Assembly (NCBI GenBank): GCA_030390025.1
Contig: CM059431.1
Location: 135,596,001 to 135,660,000 of the forward strand
Length of the DNA stretch: 64,000 nt
Direction of reading: 5' to 3'
Origin: Squalus acanthias
Lineage: Eukaryota
Part shown: one piece after another, positions 24,601-36,600 of the stretch
Numbering within the stretch: the stretch's first letter is position 1
Layout: every line of letters starts with the position of its first letter
Position numbers and translations under genes: made by a program
Notes under the pieces: generated by a model
Databases searched by the model: none
The model's input: the letters and a program-made list of their open reading frames with translations, nothing else
What the model was told of the DNA's origin: nothing

Positions 24601-27600
24601 CTCTGTCGCTCTGGCTCTCCGCTCCCGCTCTGTTTAAAGTACTCTGTCGCTCTGGCTCTCCGCTCCCGCTCTGTTTAAAGTACTCTGTCGCTCTGGCTCT
24701 CGCTCCCGCTCTGTTTAAAGTACTCTGTCGCTCTGGCTCTCCGCTCCCGCTCTGTTTAAAGTACTCTGTCGCTCTGGCTCTCCGCTCCCGCTCTGTTTAA
24801 AGTACTCTGTCGCTCTGGCTCTCCGCTCCCGCTCTGTTTAAAGTACTCTGTCGCTCTGGCTCTCCGCTCCCGCTCTGTTTAAAGTACTCTGTCGCTCTGG
24901 CTCTCCGCTCCCGCTCTGTTTAAAGTACTCTGTCGCTCTGGCTCTCCGCTCCCGCTCTGTTTAAAGTACTCTGTCACTCTGGCTCTCCGCTCCCGCTCTG
25001 TTTAAAGTACTCTGTCGCTCTGGCTCTCCGCTCCCGCTCTGTTTAAAGTACTCTGTCGCTCTGGCTCTCCGCTCCCGCTCTGTTTAAAGTACTCTGTCGC
25101 TCTGGCTCTCCGCTCCCGCTCTGTTTAAAGTACTCTGTCGCTCTGGCTCTCGCTCCCGCTCTGTTTAAAGTACTCTGTCGCTCTGGCTCTCCGCTCCCGC
25201 TCTGTTTAAAGTACTCTGTCGCTCTGGCTCTCTGCTCCCGCTCTGTTTAAAGTACTCTGTCGCTCTGGCTCTCCGCTCCCGCTCTGTTTAAAGTACTCTG
25301 TCGCTCTGGCTCTCCGCTCCCGCTCTGTTTAAAGTACTCTGCCGCTCTGGCTCTCGCTCCCGCTCTGTTTAAAGTACTCTGTCGCTCTGGCTCTCCGCTC
25401 CCGCTCTGTTTAAAGTACTCTGTCGCTCTGGCTCTCCTGCTCCCGCTCTGTTTAAAGTACTCTGTCGCTCTGGCTCTCCTGCTCCCGCTCTGTTTAAAGT
25501 ACTCTGTCGCTCTGGCTCTCCGCTCCCGCTCTGTTTAAAGTACTCTGTCGCTCTGGCTCTCCGCTCCCGCTCTGTTTAAAGTACTCTGTCGCTCTGGCTC
25601 TCCGCTCCCGCTCTGTTTAAAGTACTCTGTCGCTCTGGCTCTCTGCTCCCGCTCTGTTTAAAGTACTCTGTCGCTCTGGCTCTCCTGCTCCCGCTCTGTT
25701 TAAAGTACTCTGTCGCTCTGGCTCTCCGCTCCCGCTCTGTTTAAAGTACTCTGTCGCTCTGGCTCTCCGCTCCCGCTCTGTTTAAAGTACTCTGTCGCTC
25801 TGGCTCTCCGCTCCCGCTCTGTTTAAAGTACTCTGTCGCTCTGGCTCTCCGCTCCCGCTCTGTTTAAAGTACTCTGTCGCTCTGGCTCTCCGCTCCCGCT
25901 CTGTTTAAAGTACTCTGTCGCTCTGGCTCTCCGCTCCCGCTCTGTTTAAAGTACTCTGTCGCTCTGGCTCTCCGCTCCCGCTCTGTTTAAAGTACTCTGT
26001 CGCTCTGGCTCTCCGCTCCCGCTCTGTTTAAAGTACTCTGTCGCTCTGGCTCTCCGCTCCCGCTCTGTTTAAAGTACTCTGTCGCTCTGGCTCTCCGCTC
26101 CCGCTCTGTTTAAAGTACTCTGTCGCTCTGGCTCTCCGCTCCCGCTCTGTTTAAAGTACTCTGTCGCTCTGGCTCTCCGCTCCCGCTCTGTTTAAAGTAC
26201 TCTGTCGCTCTGGCTCTCCGCTCCCGCTCTGTTTAAAGTACTCTGTCGCTCTGGCTCTCCGCTCCCGCTCTGTTTAAAGTACTCTGTCGCTCTGGCTCTC
26301 CGCTCCCGCTCTGTTTAAAGTACTCTGTCGCTCTGGCTCTCCGCTCCCGCTCTGTTTAAAGTACTCTGTCGCTCTGGCTCTCCTGCTCCCGCTCTGTTTA
26401 AAGTACTCTGTCGCTCTGGCTCTCCGCTCCCGCTCTGTTTAAAGTACTCTGTCGCTCTGGCTCTCCGCTCCCGCTCTGTTTAAAGTACTCTGTCGCTCTG
26501 GCTCTCCGCTCCCGCTCTGTTTAAAGTACTCTGTCGCTCTGGCTCTCCGCTCCCGCTCTGTTTAAAGTACTCTGTCGCTCTGGCTCTCCGCTCCCGCTCT
26601 GTTTAAAGTACTCTGTCGCTCTGGCTCTCCGCTCCCGCTCTGTTTAAAGTACTCTGTCGCTCTGGCTCTCCGCTCCCGCTCTGTTTAAAGTACTCTGTCG
26701 CTCTGGCTCTCGCTCCCGCTCTGTTTAAAGTACTCTGTCGCTCTGGCTCTCCGCTCCCGCTCTGTTTAAAGTACTCTGTCGCTCTGGCTCTCCTGCTCCC
26801 GCTCTGTTTAAAGTACTCTGTCGCTCTGGCTCTCCGCTCCCGCTCTGTTTAAAGTACTCTGTCGCTCTGGCTCTCCGCTCCCGCTCTGTTTAAAGTACTC
26901 TGTCGCTCTGGCTCTCCGCTCCCGCTCTGTTTAAAGTACTCTGTCGCTCTGGCTCTCCGCTCCCGCTCTGTTTAAAGTACTCTGTCGCTCTGGCTCTCCG
27001 CTCCCGCTCTGTTTAAAGTACTCTGTCGCTCTGGCTCTCCGCTCCCGCTCTGTTTAAAGTACTCTGTCGCTCTGGCTCTCCGCTCCCGCTCTGTTTAAAG
27101 TACTCTGTCGCTCTGGCTCTCCGCTCCCGCTCTGTTTAAAGTACTCTGTCGCTCTGGCTCTCCGCTCCGCTCTGTTTAAAGTACTCTGTCGCTCTGGCTC
27201 TCCGCTCCCGCTCTGTTTAAAGTACTCTGTCGCTCTGGCTCTCCGCTCCGCTCTGTTTAAAGTACTCTGTCGCTCTGGCTCTCCGCTCCCGCTCTGTTTA
27301 AAGTACTCTGTCGCTCTGGCTCTCCGCTCCCGCTCTGTTTAAAGTACTCTGTCGCTCTGGCTCTCCGCTCCCGCTGTTTAAAGTACTCTGTCGCTCTGGC
27401 TCTCCGCTCCCGCTCTGTTTAAAGTACTCTGTCGCTCTGGCTCTCCGCTCCCGCTCTGTTTAAAGTACTCTGTCGCTCTGGCTCTCCGCTCCCGCTCTGT
27501 TTAAAGTACTCTGTCGCTCTGGCTCTCGCTCCCGCTCTGTTTAAAGTACTCTGTCGCTCTGGCTCTCCGCTCCCGCTCTGTTTAAAGTACTCTGTCGCTC

Positions 27601-30600
27601 TGGCTCTCCGCTCCCGCTCTGTTTAAAGTACTCTGTCGCTCTGGCTCTCCGCTCCCGCTCTGTTTAAAGTACTCTGTCGCTCTGGCTCTCCGCTCCCGCT
27701 CTGTTTAAAGTACTCTGTCGCTCTGGCTCTCCGCTCCCGCTCTGTTTAAAGTACTCTGTCGCTCTGGCTCTCCGCTCCCGCTCTGTTTAAAGTACTCTGT
27801 CGCTCTGGCTCTCCGCTCCCGCTCTGTTTAAAGTACTCTGTCGCTCTGGCTCTCCGCTCCCGCTCTGTTTAAAGTACTCTGTCGCTCTGGCTCTCCGCTC
27901 CCGCTCTGTTTAAAGTACTCTGTCGCTCTGGCTCTCCGCTCCCGCTCTGTTTAAAGTACTCTGTCGCTCTGGCTCTCCGCTCCCGCTCTGTTTAAAGTAC
28001 TCTGTCGCTCTGGCTCTCCGCTCCCGCTCTGTTTAAAGTACTCTGTCGCTCTGGCTCTCCGCTCCCGCTCTGTTTAAAGTACTCTGTCGCTCTGGCTCTC
28101 CGCTCCCGCTCTGTTTAAAGTACTCTGTCGCTCTGGCTCTCCGCTCCCGCTCTGTTTAAAGTACTCTGTCGCTCTGGCTCTCCGCTCCCGCTCTGTTTAA
28201 AGTACTCTGTCGCTCTGGCTCTCCGCTCCCGCTCTGTTTAAAGTACTCTGTCGCTCTGGCTCTCCTGCTCCCGCTCTGTTTAAAGTACTCTGTCGCTCTG
28301 GCTCTCGCTCCCGCTCTGTTTAAAGTACTCTGTCGCTCTGGCTCTCCGCTCCCGCTCTGTTTAAAGTACTCTGTCGCTCTGGCTCTCCGCTCCCGCTCTG
28401 TTTAAAGTACTCTGTCGCTCTGGCTCTCCGCTCCCGCTCTGTTTAAAGTACTCTGTCGCTCTGGCTCTCCGCTCCCGCTCTGTTTAAAGTACTCTGTCGC
28501 TCTGGCTCTCCGCTCCCGCTCTGTTTAAAGTACTCTGTCGCTCTGGCTCTCCGCTCCCGCTCTGTTTAAAGTACTCTGTCGCTCTGGCTCTCCGCTCCCG
28601 CTCTGTTTAAAGTACTCTGTCGCTCTGGCTCTCCGCTCCCGCTCTGTTTAAAGTACTCTGTCGCTCTGGCTCTCCGCTCCCGCTGTTTAAAGTACTCTGT
28701 CGCTCTGGCTCTCCGCTCCCGCTCTGTTTAAAGTACTCTGTCGCTCTGGCTCTCCGCTCCCGCTCTGTTTAAAGTACTCTGTCGCTCTGGCTCTCCGCTC
28801 CCGCTCTGTTTAAAGTACTCTGTCGCTCTGGCTCTCCGCTCCCGCTCTGTTTAAAGTACTCTGTCGCTCTGGCTCTCTGCTCCCGCTCTGTTTAAAGTAC
28901 TCTGTCGCTCTGGCTCTCCGCTCCCGCTCTGTTTAAAGTACTCTGTCGCTCTGGCTCTCCGCTCCCGCTCTGTTTAAAGTACTCTGTCGCTCTGGCTCTC
29001 CGCTCCCGCTCTGTTTAAAGTACTCTGTCGCTCTGGCTCTCCGCTCCCGCTCTGTTTAAAGTACTCTGTCGCTCTGGCTCTCCGCTCCCGCTCTGTTTAA
29101 AGTACTCTGTCGCTCTGGCTCTCCGCTCCCGCTCTGTTTAAAGTACTCTGTCGCTCTGGCTCTCCGCTCCCGCTCTGTTTAAAGTACTCTGTCGCTCTGG
29201 CTCTCCGCTCCCGCTCTGTTTAAAGTACTCTGTCGCTCTGGCTCTCCGCTCCCGCTCTGTTTAAAGTACTCTGTCGCTCTGGCTCTCCGCTCCCGCTCTG
29301 TTTAAAGTACTCTGTCGCTCTGGCTCTCCGCTCCCGCTCTGTTTAAAGTACTCTGTCGCTCTGGCTCTCCGCTCCCGCTCTGTTTAAAGTACTCTGTCGC
29401 TCTGGCTCTCCGCTCCCGCTCTGTTTAAAGTACTCTGTCGCTCTGGCTCTCCGCTCCCGCTCTGTTTAAAGTACTCTGTCGCTCTGGCTCTCCGCTCCCG
29501 CTCTGTTTAAAGTACTCTGTCGCTCTGGCTCTCCGCTCCCGCTCTGTTTAAAGTACTCTGTCGCTCTGGCTCTCCGCTCCCGCTCTGTTTAAAGTACTCT
29601 GTCGCTCTGGCTCTCCGCTCCCGCTCTGTTTAAAGTACTCTGTCGCTCTGGCTCTCCGCTCCCGCTCTGTTTAAAGTACTCTGTCGCTCTGGCTCTCCGC
29701 TCCCGCTCTGTTTAAAGTACTCTGTCGCTCTGGCTCTCCGCTCCCGCTCTGTTTAAAGTACTCTGTCGCTCTGGCTCTCCGCTCCCGCTCTGTTTAAAGT
29801 ACTCTGTCGCTCTGGCTCTCCGCTCCCGCTCTGTTTAAAGTACTCTGTCGCTCTGGCTCTCCGCTCCGCTCTGTTTAAAGTACTCTGTCACTCTGGCTCT
29901 CCGCTCCCGCTCTGTTTAAAGTACTCTGTCGCTCTGGCTCTCCGCTCCCGCTCTGTTTAAAGTACTCTGTCGCTCTGGCTCTCCTCTCCCGCTCTGTTTA
30001 AAGTACTCTGCCGCTCTGGCTCTCCGCTCCCGCTCTGTTTAAAGTACTCTGTCACTCTGGCTCTCCGCTCCCGCTCTGTTTAAAGTACTCTGTCGCTCTG
30101 GCTCTCCGCTCCCGCTCTGTTTAAAGTACTCTGTCGCTCTGGCTCTCTGCTCCCGCTCTGTTTAAAGTACTCTGTCGCTCTGGCTCTCCGCTCCCGCTCT
30201 GTTTAAAGTACTCTGTCACTCTGGCTCTCCGCTCCCGCTCTGTTTAAAGTACTCTGTCGCTCTGGCTCTCCGCTCCCGCTCTGTTTAAAGTACTCTGTCG
30301 CTCTGGCTCTCCGCTCCCGCTCTGTTTAAAGTACTCTGTCGCTCTGGCTCTCCGCTCCCGCTCTGTTTAAAGTACTCTGTCGCTCTGGCTCTCCGCTCCC
30401 GCTCTGTTTAAAGTACTCTGTCGCTCTGGCTCTCCGCTCCCGCTCTGTTTAAAGTACTCTGTCGCTCTGGCTCTCCGCTCCCGCTCTGTTTAAAGTACTC
30501 TGTCGCTCTGGCTCTCCGCTCCCGCTCTGTTTAAAGTACTCTGTCGCTCTGGCTCTCCGCTCCCGCTCTGTTTAAAGTACTCTGTCGCTCTGGCTCTCCG

Positions 30601-33600
30601 CTCCCGCTCTGTTTAAAGTACTCTGTCGCTCTGGCTCTCCGCTCCCGCTCTGTTTAAAGTACTCTGTCGCTCTGGCTCTCCGCTCCCGCTCTGTTTAAAG
30701 TACTCTGTCGCTCTGGCTCTCCGCTCCCGCTCTGTTTAAAGTACTCTGTCACTCTGGCTCTCCTGCTCCCGCTCTGTTTAAAGTACTCTGTCGCTCTGGC
30801 TCTCCGCTCCCGCTCTGTTTAAAGTACTCTGTCGCTCTGGCTCTCTGCTCCCGCTCTGTTTAAAGTACTCTGTCGCTCTGGCTCTCCGCTCCCGCTCTGT
30901 TTAAAGTACTCTGTCGCTCTGGCTCTCCGCTCCGCTCTGTTTAAAGTACTCTGTCGCTCTGGCTCTCCGCTCCCGCTCTGTTTAAAGTACTCTGTCGCTC
31001 TGGCTCTCCGCTCCCGCTCTGTTTAAAGTACTCTGTCGCTCTGGCTCTCCGCTCCCGCTCTGTTTAAAGTACTCTGTCGCTCTGGCTCTCCGCTCCCGCT
31101 CTGTTTAAAGTACTCTGTCGCTCTGGCTCTCCGCTCCCGCTGTTTAAAGTACTCTGTCGCTCTGGCTCTCCGCTCCCGCTCTGTTTAAAGTACTCTGTCG
31201 CTCTGGCTCTCCGCTCCCGCTCTGTTTAAAGTACTCTGTCGCTCTGGCTCTCCGCTCCCGCTCTGTTTAAAGTACTCTGTCGCTCTGGCTCTCCGCTCCC
31301 GCTCTGTTTAAAGTACTCTGTCGCTCTGGCTCTCCGCTCCCGCTCTGTTTAAAGTACTCTGTCGCTCTGGCTCTCCGCTCCCGCTCTGTTTAAAGTACTC
31401 TGTCGCTCTGGCTCTCCGCTCCCGCTCTGTTTAAAGTACTCTGTCGCTCTGGCTCTCCGCTCCCGCTCTGTTTAAAGTACTCTGTCGCTCTGGCTCTCCG
31501 CTCCCGCTCTGTTTAAAGTACTCTGTCGCTCTGGCTCTCCGCTCCCGCTCTGTTTAAAGTACTCTGTCGCTCTGGCTCTCCGCTCCCGCTCTGTTTAAAG
31601 TACTCTGTCGCTCTGGCTCTCCGCTCCCGCTCTGTTTAAAGTACTCTGTCGCTCTGGCTCTCCGCTCCCGCTCTGTTTAAAGTACTCTGTCGCTCTGGCT
31701 CTCCGCTCCCGCTCTGTTTAAAGTACTCTGTCACTCTGGCTCTCCGCTCCCGCTCTGTTTAAAGTACTCTGTCGCTCTGGCTCTCCGCTCCGCTCTGTTT
31801 AAAGTACTCTGTCGCTCTGGCTCTCCGCTCCCGCTCTGTTTAAAGTACTCTGTCGCTCTGGCTCTCGCTCCCGCTCTGTTTAAAGTACTCTGTCGCTCTG
31901 GCTCTCCGCTCCCGCTCTGTTTAAAGTACTCTGTCGCTCTGGCTCTCCGCTCCGCTCTGTTTAAAGTACTCTGTCGCTCTGGCTCTCCGCTCCCGCTCTG
32001 TTTAAAGTACTCTGTCGCTCTGGCTCTCCGCTCCCGCTCTGTTTAAAGTACTCTGTCGCTCTGGCTCTCCGCTCCCGCTCTGTTTAAATTACTCTGTCGC
32101 TCTGGCTCTCCGCTCCCGCTCTGTTTAAAGTACTCTGTCACTCTGGCTCTCCGCTCCCGCTCTGTTTAAAGTACTCTGTCGCTCTGGCTCTCTGCTCCCG
32201 CTCTGTTTAAAGTACTCTGTCGCTCTGGCTCTCCGCTCCCGCTCTGTTTAAAGTACTCTGTCGCTCTGGCTCTCGCTCCCGCTCTGTTTAAAGTACTCTG
32301 TCGCTCTGGCTCTCCGCTCCCGCTCTGTTTAAAGTACTCTGTCGCTCTGGCTCTCCGCTCCCGCTCTGTTTAAAGTACTCTGTCGCTCTGGCTCTCCGCT
32401 CCCGCTCTGTTTAAAGTACTCTGTCGCTCTGGCTCTCCGCTCCCGCTCTGTTTAAAGTACTCTGTCGCTCTGGCTCTCCGCTCCCGCTCTGTTTAAAGTA
32501 CTCTGTCGCTCTGGCTCTCCGCTCCCGCTCTGTTTAAAGTACTCTGTCGCTCTGGCTCTCCGCTCCCGCTGTTTAAAGTACTCTGTCGCTCTGGCTCTCC
32601 GCTCCCGCTCTGTTTAAAGTACTCTGTCGCTCTGGCTCTCCGCTCCCGCTCTGTTTAAAGTACTCTGTCGCTCTGGCTCTCCGCTCCCGCTCTGTTTAAA
32701 GTACTCTGTCGCTCTGGCTCTCCGCTCCCGCTCTGTTTAAAGTACTCTGTCGCTCTGGCTCTCCTCTCCCGCTCTGTTTAAAGTACTCTGTCGCTCTGGC
32801 TCTCCGCTCCCGCTCTGTTTAAAGTACTCTGTCGCTCTGGCTCACCTCTCCCACTGTTTAAAGTACTCTGTCGCTCTGGCTCTCCGCTCCCGCTCTGTTT
32901 AAAGTACTCTGTCGCTCTGGCTCTCCGCTCCGCACTGTTTAAAGTACTCTGTCGCTCTGGCTCTCCGCTCCCGCTCTGTTTAAAGTACTCTGTCGCTCTG
33001 GCTCTCCTCTCCCACTGTTTAAAGTACTCTGTCGCTCTGGCTCTCAGCTCCGCTCTGTTTAAAGTACTCTGTCGCTCTGGCTCTCCTCTCCCGCTCTGTT
33101 TAAAGTACTCTGTCGCTCTGGCTCTCCGCTCCCGCTCTGTTTAAAGTACTCTGTCACTCTGGCTCTCCTCTCCCGCTCTGTTTAAAGTACTCTGTCGCTC
33201 TGGCTCTCAGCTCCCGCTCTGTTTAAAGTACTCTGTCGCTCTGGCTCTCCTCTCCCGCTCTGTTTAAAGTACTCTGTCGCTCTGGCTCTCCGCTCCCGCT
33301 CTGTTTAAAGTACTCTGTCGCTCTGGCTCTCCTCTCCCGCTCTGTTTAAAGTACTCTGTCACTCTGGCTCTCCGCTCCCGCTCTGTTTAAAGTACTCTGC
33401 CGCTCTGGCTCTCCGCTCCCACTGTTTAAAGTACTCTGTCGCTCTGGCTCTCCGCTCCCGCTCTGTTTAAAGTACTCTGCCGCTCTGGCTCTGCGCTCCC
33501 GCTCTGTTTAAAGTACTCTGTCGCTCTGGCTCTGCGCTCACGCTCTGTTTAAAGTACTCTGCCGCTCTGGCTCTGCGCTCCCGCTCTGTTTAAAGTACTC

Positions 33601-36600
33601 TGTCGCTCTGGCTCTCCGCTCCCGCTCTGTTTAAAGTACTCTGTCACTCTGGCTCTCCGCTCCCGCTCTGTTTAAATTACTCTGTTGCTCTGGCTCTGCG
33701 CTCCCGCTCTGTTTAAAGTACTCTGTCGATCTGGCTCTGCGCTCACGCTCTGTTTAAAGTACTCTGTCACTCTGGCTCTCCGCTCCTGCTCTGTTTAAAG
33801 TACTCTGCCGCTCTGGCTCTGCGCTCCCCCTCTGTTTAAAGTACTCTGTCACTCTGGCTCTCCGCTCCCGCTCTGTTTAAAGTACTCTGTCGCTCTGGCT
33901 CTCCGCTCCCGCTCTGTTTAAAGTACTCTGTCGCTCTGGCTCTCCGCTCCCGCTGTTTAAAGTACTCTGTCGCTCTGGCTCTCCGCTCCCGCTCTGTTTA
34001 AAGTACTCTGTCGCTCTGGCTCTCCGCTCCCGCTCTGTTTAAAGTACTCTGTCGCTCTGGCTCTCCGCTCCCGCTCTGTTTAAAGTACTCTGTCGCTCTG
34101 GCTCTCCGCTCCCGCTCTGTTTAAAGTACTCTGTCGCTCTGGCTCTCCGCTCCCGCTCTGTTTAAAGTACTCTGTCGCTCTGGCTCTCCGCTCCCGCTCT
34201 GTTTAAAGTACTCTGTCGCTCTGGCTCTCCGCTCCCGCTCTGTTTAAAGTACTCTGTCGCTCTGGCTCTCCGCTCCCGCTCTGTTTAAAGTACTCTGTCG
34301 CTCTGGCTCTCCGCTCCCGCTCTGTTTAAAGTACTCTGTCGCTCTGGCTCTCTGCTCCCGCTGTTTAAAGTACTCTGTCGCTCTGGCTCTCTGCTCCCGC
34401 TCTGTTTAAAGTACTCTGTCGCTCTGGCTCTCCGCTCCCGCTCTGTTTAAAGTACTCTGCCACTCTGGCTCTCCTCTCCCGCTCTGTTTAAAGTACTCTG
34501 CCACTCTGGCTCTCCGCTCCCGCTCTGTTTAAAGTACTCTGTCGCTCTGGCTCTCCGCTCCCGCTCTGTTTAAAGTACTCTGCCACTCTGGCTCTCCGCT
34601 CCCGCTCTGTTTAAAGTACTCTGTCGCTCTGGCTCTCCGCTCCCGCTCTGTTTAAAGTACTCTGTCGCTCTGGCTCTCCGCTCCCGCTCTGTTTAAAGTA
34701 CTCTGTCGCTCTGGCTCTCCTCTCCCTCTGTTTAAAGTACTCTGTCGCTCTGGCTCTCCGCTCCCGCTCTGTTTAAAGTACTCTGTCGCTCTGGCTCTCC
34801 TCTCCCGCTCTGTTTAAAGTACTCTGTCGCTCTGGCTCTCCGCTCCCGCTCTGTTTAAAGTACTCTGTCGCTCTGGCTCTCCACTCCCTCTGTTTAAAGT
34901 ACTCTGTCGCTCTGGCTCTCAGCTCCCGCTCTGTTTAAAGTACTCTGTCGCTCTGGCTCTCCTCTCCCGCTCTGTTTAAAGTACTCTGTCGCTCTGGCTC
35001 TACGCTCCCGCTCTGTTTAAAGTACTCTGTCACTCTGGCTCTCCTCTCCCGCTCTGTTTAAAGTACTCTGTCGCTCTGGCTCTGCGCTCCCGCTCTGTTT
35101 AAAGTACTCTGTCGCTCTGGCTCTGCGCTCACGCTCTGTTTAAAGTACTCTGTCACTCTGGCTCTCCGCTCCTGCTCTGTTTAAAGTACTCTGTCGCTCT
35201 GGCTCTGCGCTCCCCCTCTGTTTAAAGTACTCTGTCAAACTGGCTCTCCGCTCCCGCTCTGTTTAAAGTACTCTGTCGCTCTGGCTCTCCGCTCCCGCTC
35301 TGTTTAAAGTACTCTGTCGCTCTGGCTCTCCTCTACCGCTGTTTAAAGTACGCTGTCGCTCTAGCTCTCCGCTCCCGCTCTGTTTAAAGTACGCTGTCGC
35401 TCTGGCTCTCCGCTCCCGCTGTTTAAAGTACTCTGTCGCTGTGGCTCTCCGCTCCCGCTGTTTAAAGTACTCTGTTGCTCTGGCTCTCCGCTCCCGCTCT
35501 GTTTAAAGTACTCTGTCACTCTGGCTCTCCGCTCCCGCTCTGTTTAAAGTACTCTGTCGCTCTGGCTCTCCTCTCCCGCTCTGTTTAAAGGACTCTGTCA
35601 CTCTGGCTCTCCGCTCCCGCTCTGTTTAAAGTACTCTGTCGCTCTGGCTCACTGCTCCCGCTGTTTAAAGTACTCTGTCACTCTGGCTCTCCGCTCCCGC
35701 TCTGTTTAAAGTACTCTGTCACTCTGGCACTCCGCTCCCGCTCTGTTTAAAGTACTCTGTCACTCTGGCTCTCCGCTCCCGCTCTGTTTAAATTACTCTG
35801 CCGCTCTGGCTCTCCGCTTCCACTCTGTTTAAAGTACTCTGTCACTCTGGCTCTCCGCTCCCGCTCTGTTTAAAGTACTCTGCCGCTCTGGCTCTCTGCT
35901 CCCGCTCTGTTTAAAGTACTCTGTCGCTCTGGCTCTCCTCTCCCGATCTGTTTCAATGACTCTGCCGCTCTGGCTCTCTGCTCCCGCTCTGTTTAAAGTA
36001 CTCTGTCACTCTGGCTCTCTGCTCCCACTCTGTTTAAAGTACTCTATCGCTCTGGCTCTCCGCTCCCACTCTGTTTAAAGTACTCTGTCGCTCTGGCTCT
36101 CTGCTCCTGCTCTGTTTAAAGTACTCTGTCGCTGTGGCTCTCCGCTCCCGCTCTGTTTAAAGTACTCTGCCACTCTGGCTCTCCGCTCCCACTCTGTTTA
36201 AAGTACTCTGTCGCTCTGGCTCTCCGCTCCCGCTCTGTTTAAAGTACTCTGTCGCTCTGGCTCTCCGCTCCCACTGTTTAAAATACTCTGTCGCTCTGCC
36301 TCTCCGCTCCCGCTCTGTTTAAAGTACTCTGTCGCTCTGGCTCTCCACTCCCGCTGTTTAAAATACTCTGTCGCTCTGGCTCTCCGCTCCCGCTCTGTTT
36401 AAATTACTCTGCCGCTCTGGCTCTCCGCTTCCACTCAGTTTAAAGTTCTCTGTCACTCTGGCTCTCCGCTCCCGCTCTGTTTAAAGTACTCTGCCACTCT
36501 GGCTCTCCGCTCCCGCTCTGTTTAAAGTACTCTGTCGCTCTGGCTCTCCTCACCCGATCTGTTTCAATGACTCTGCCGCGCTGGCTCTCCGCTCCTGCTC

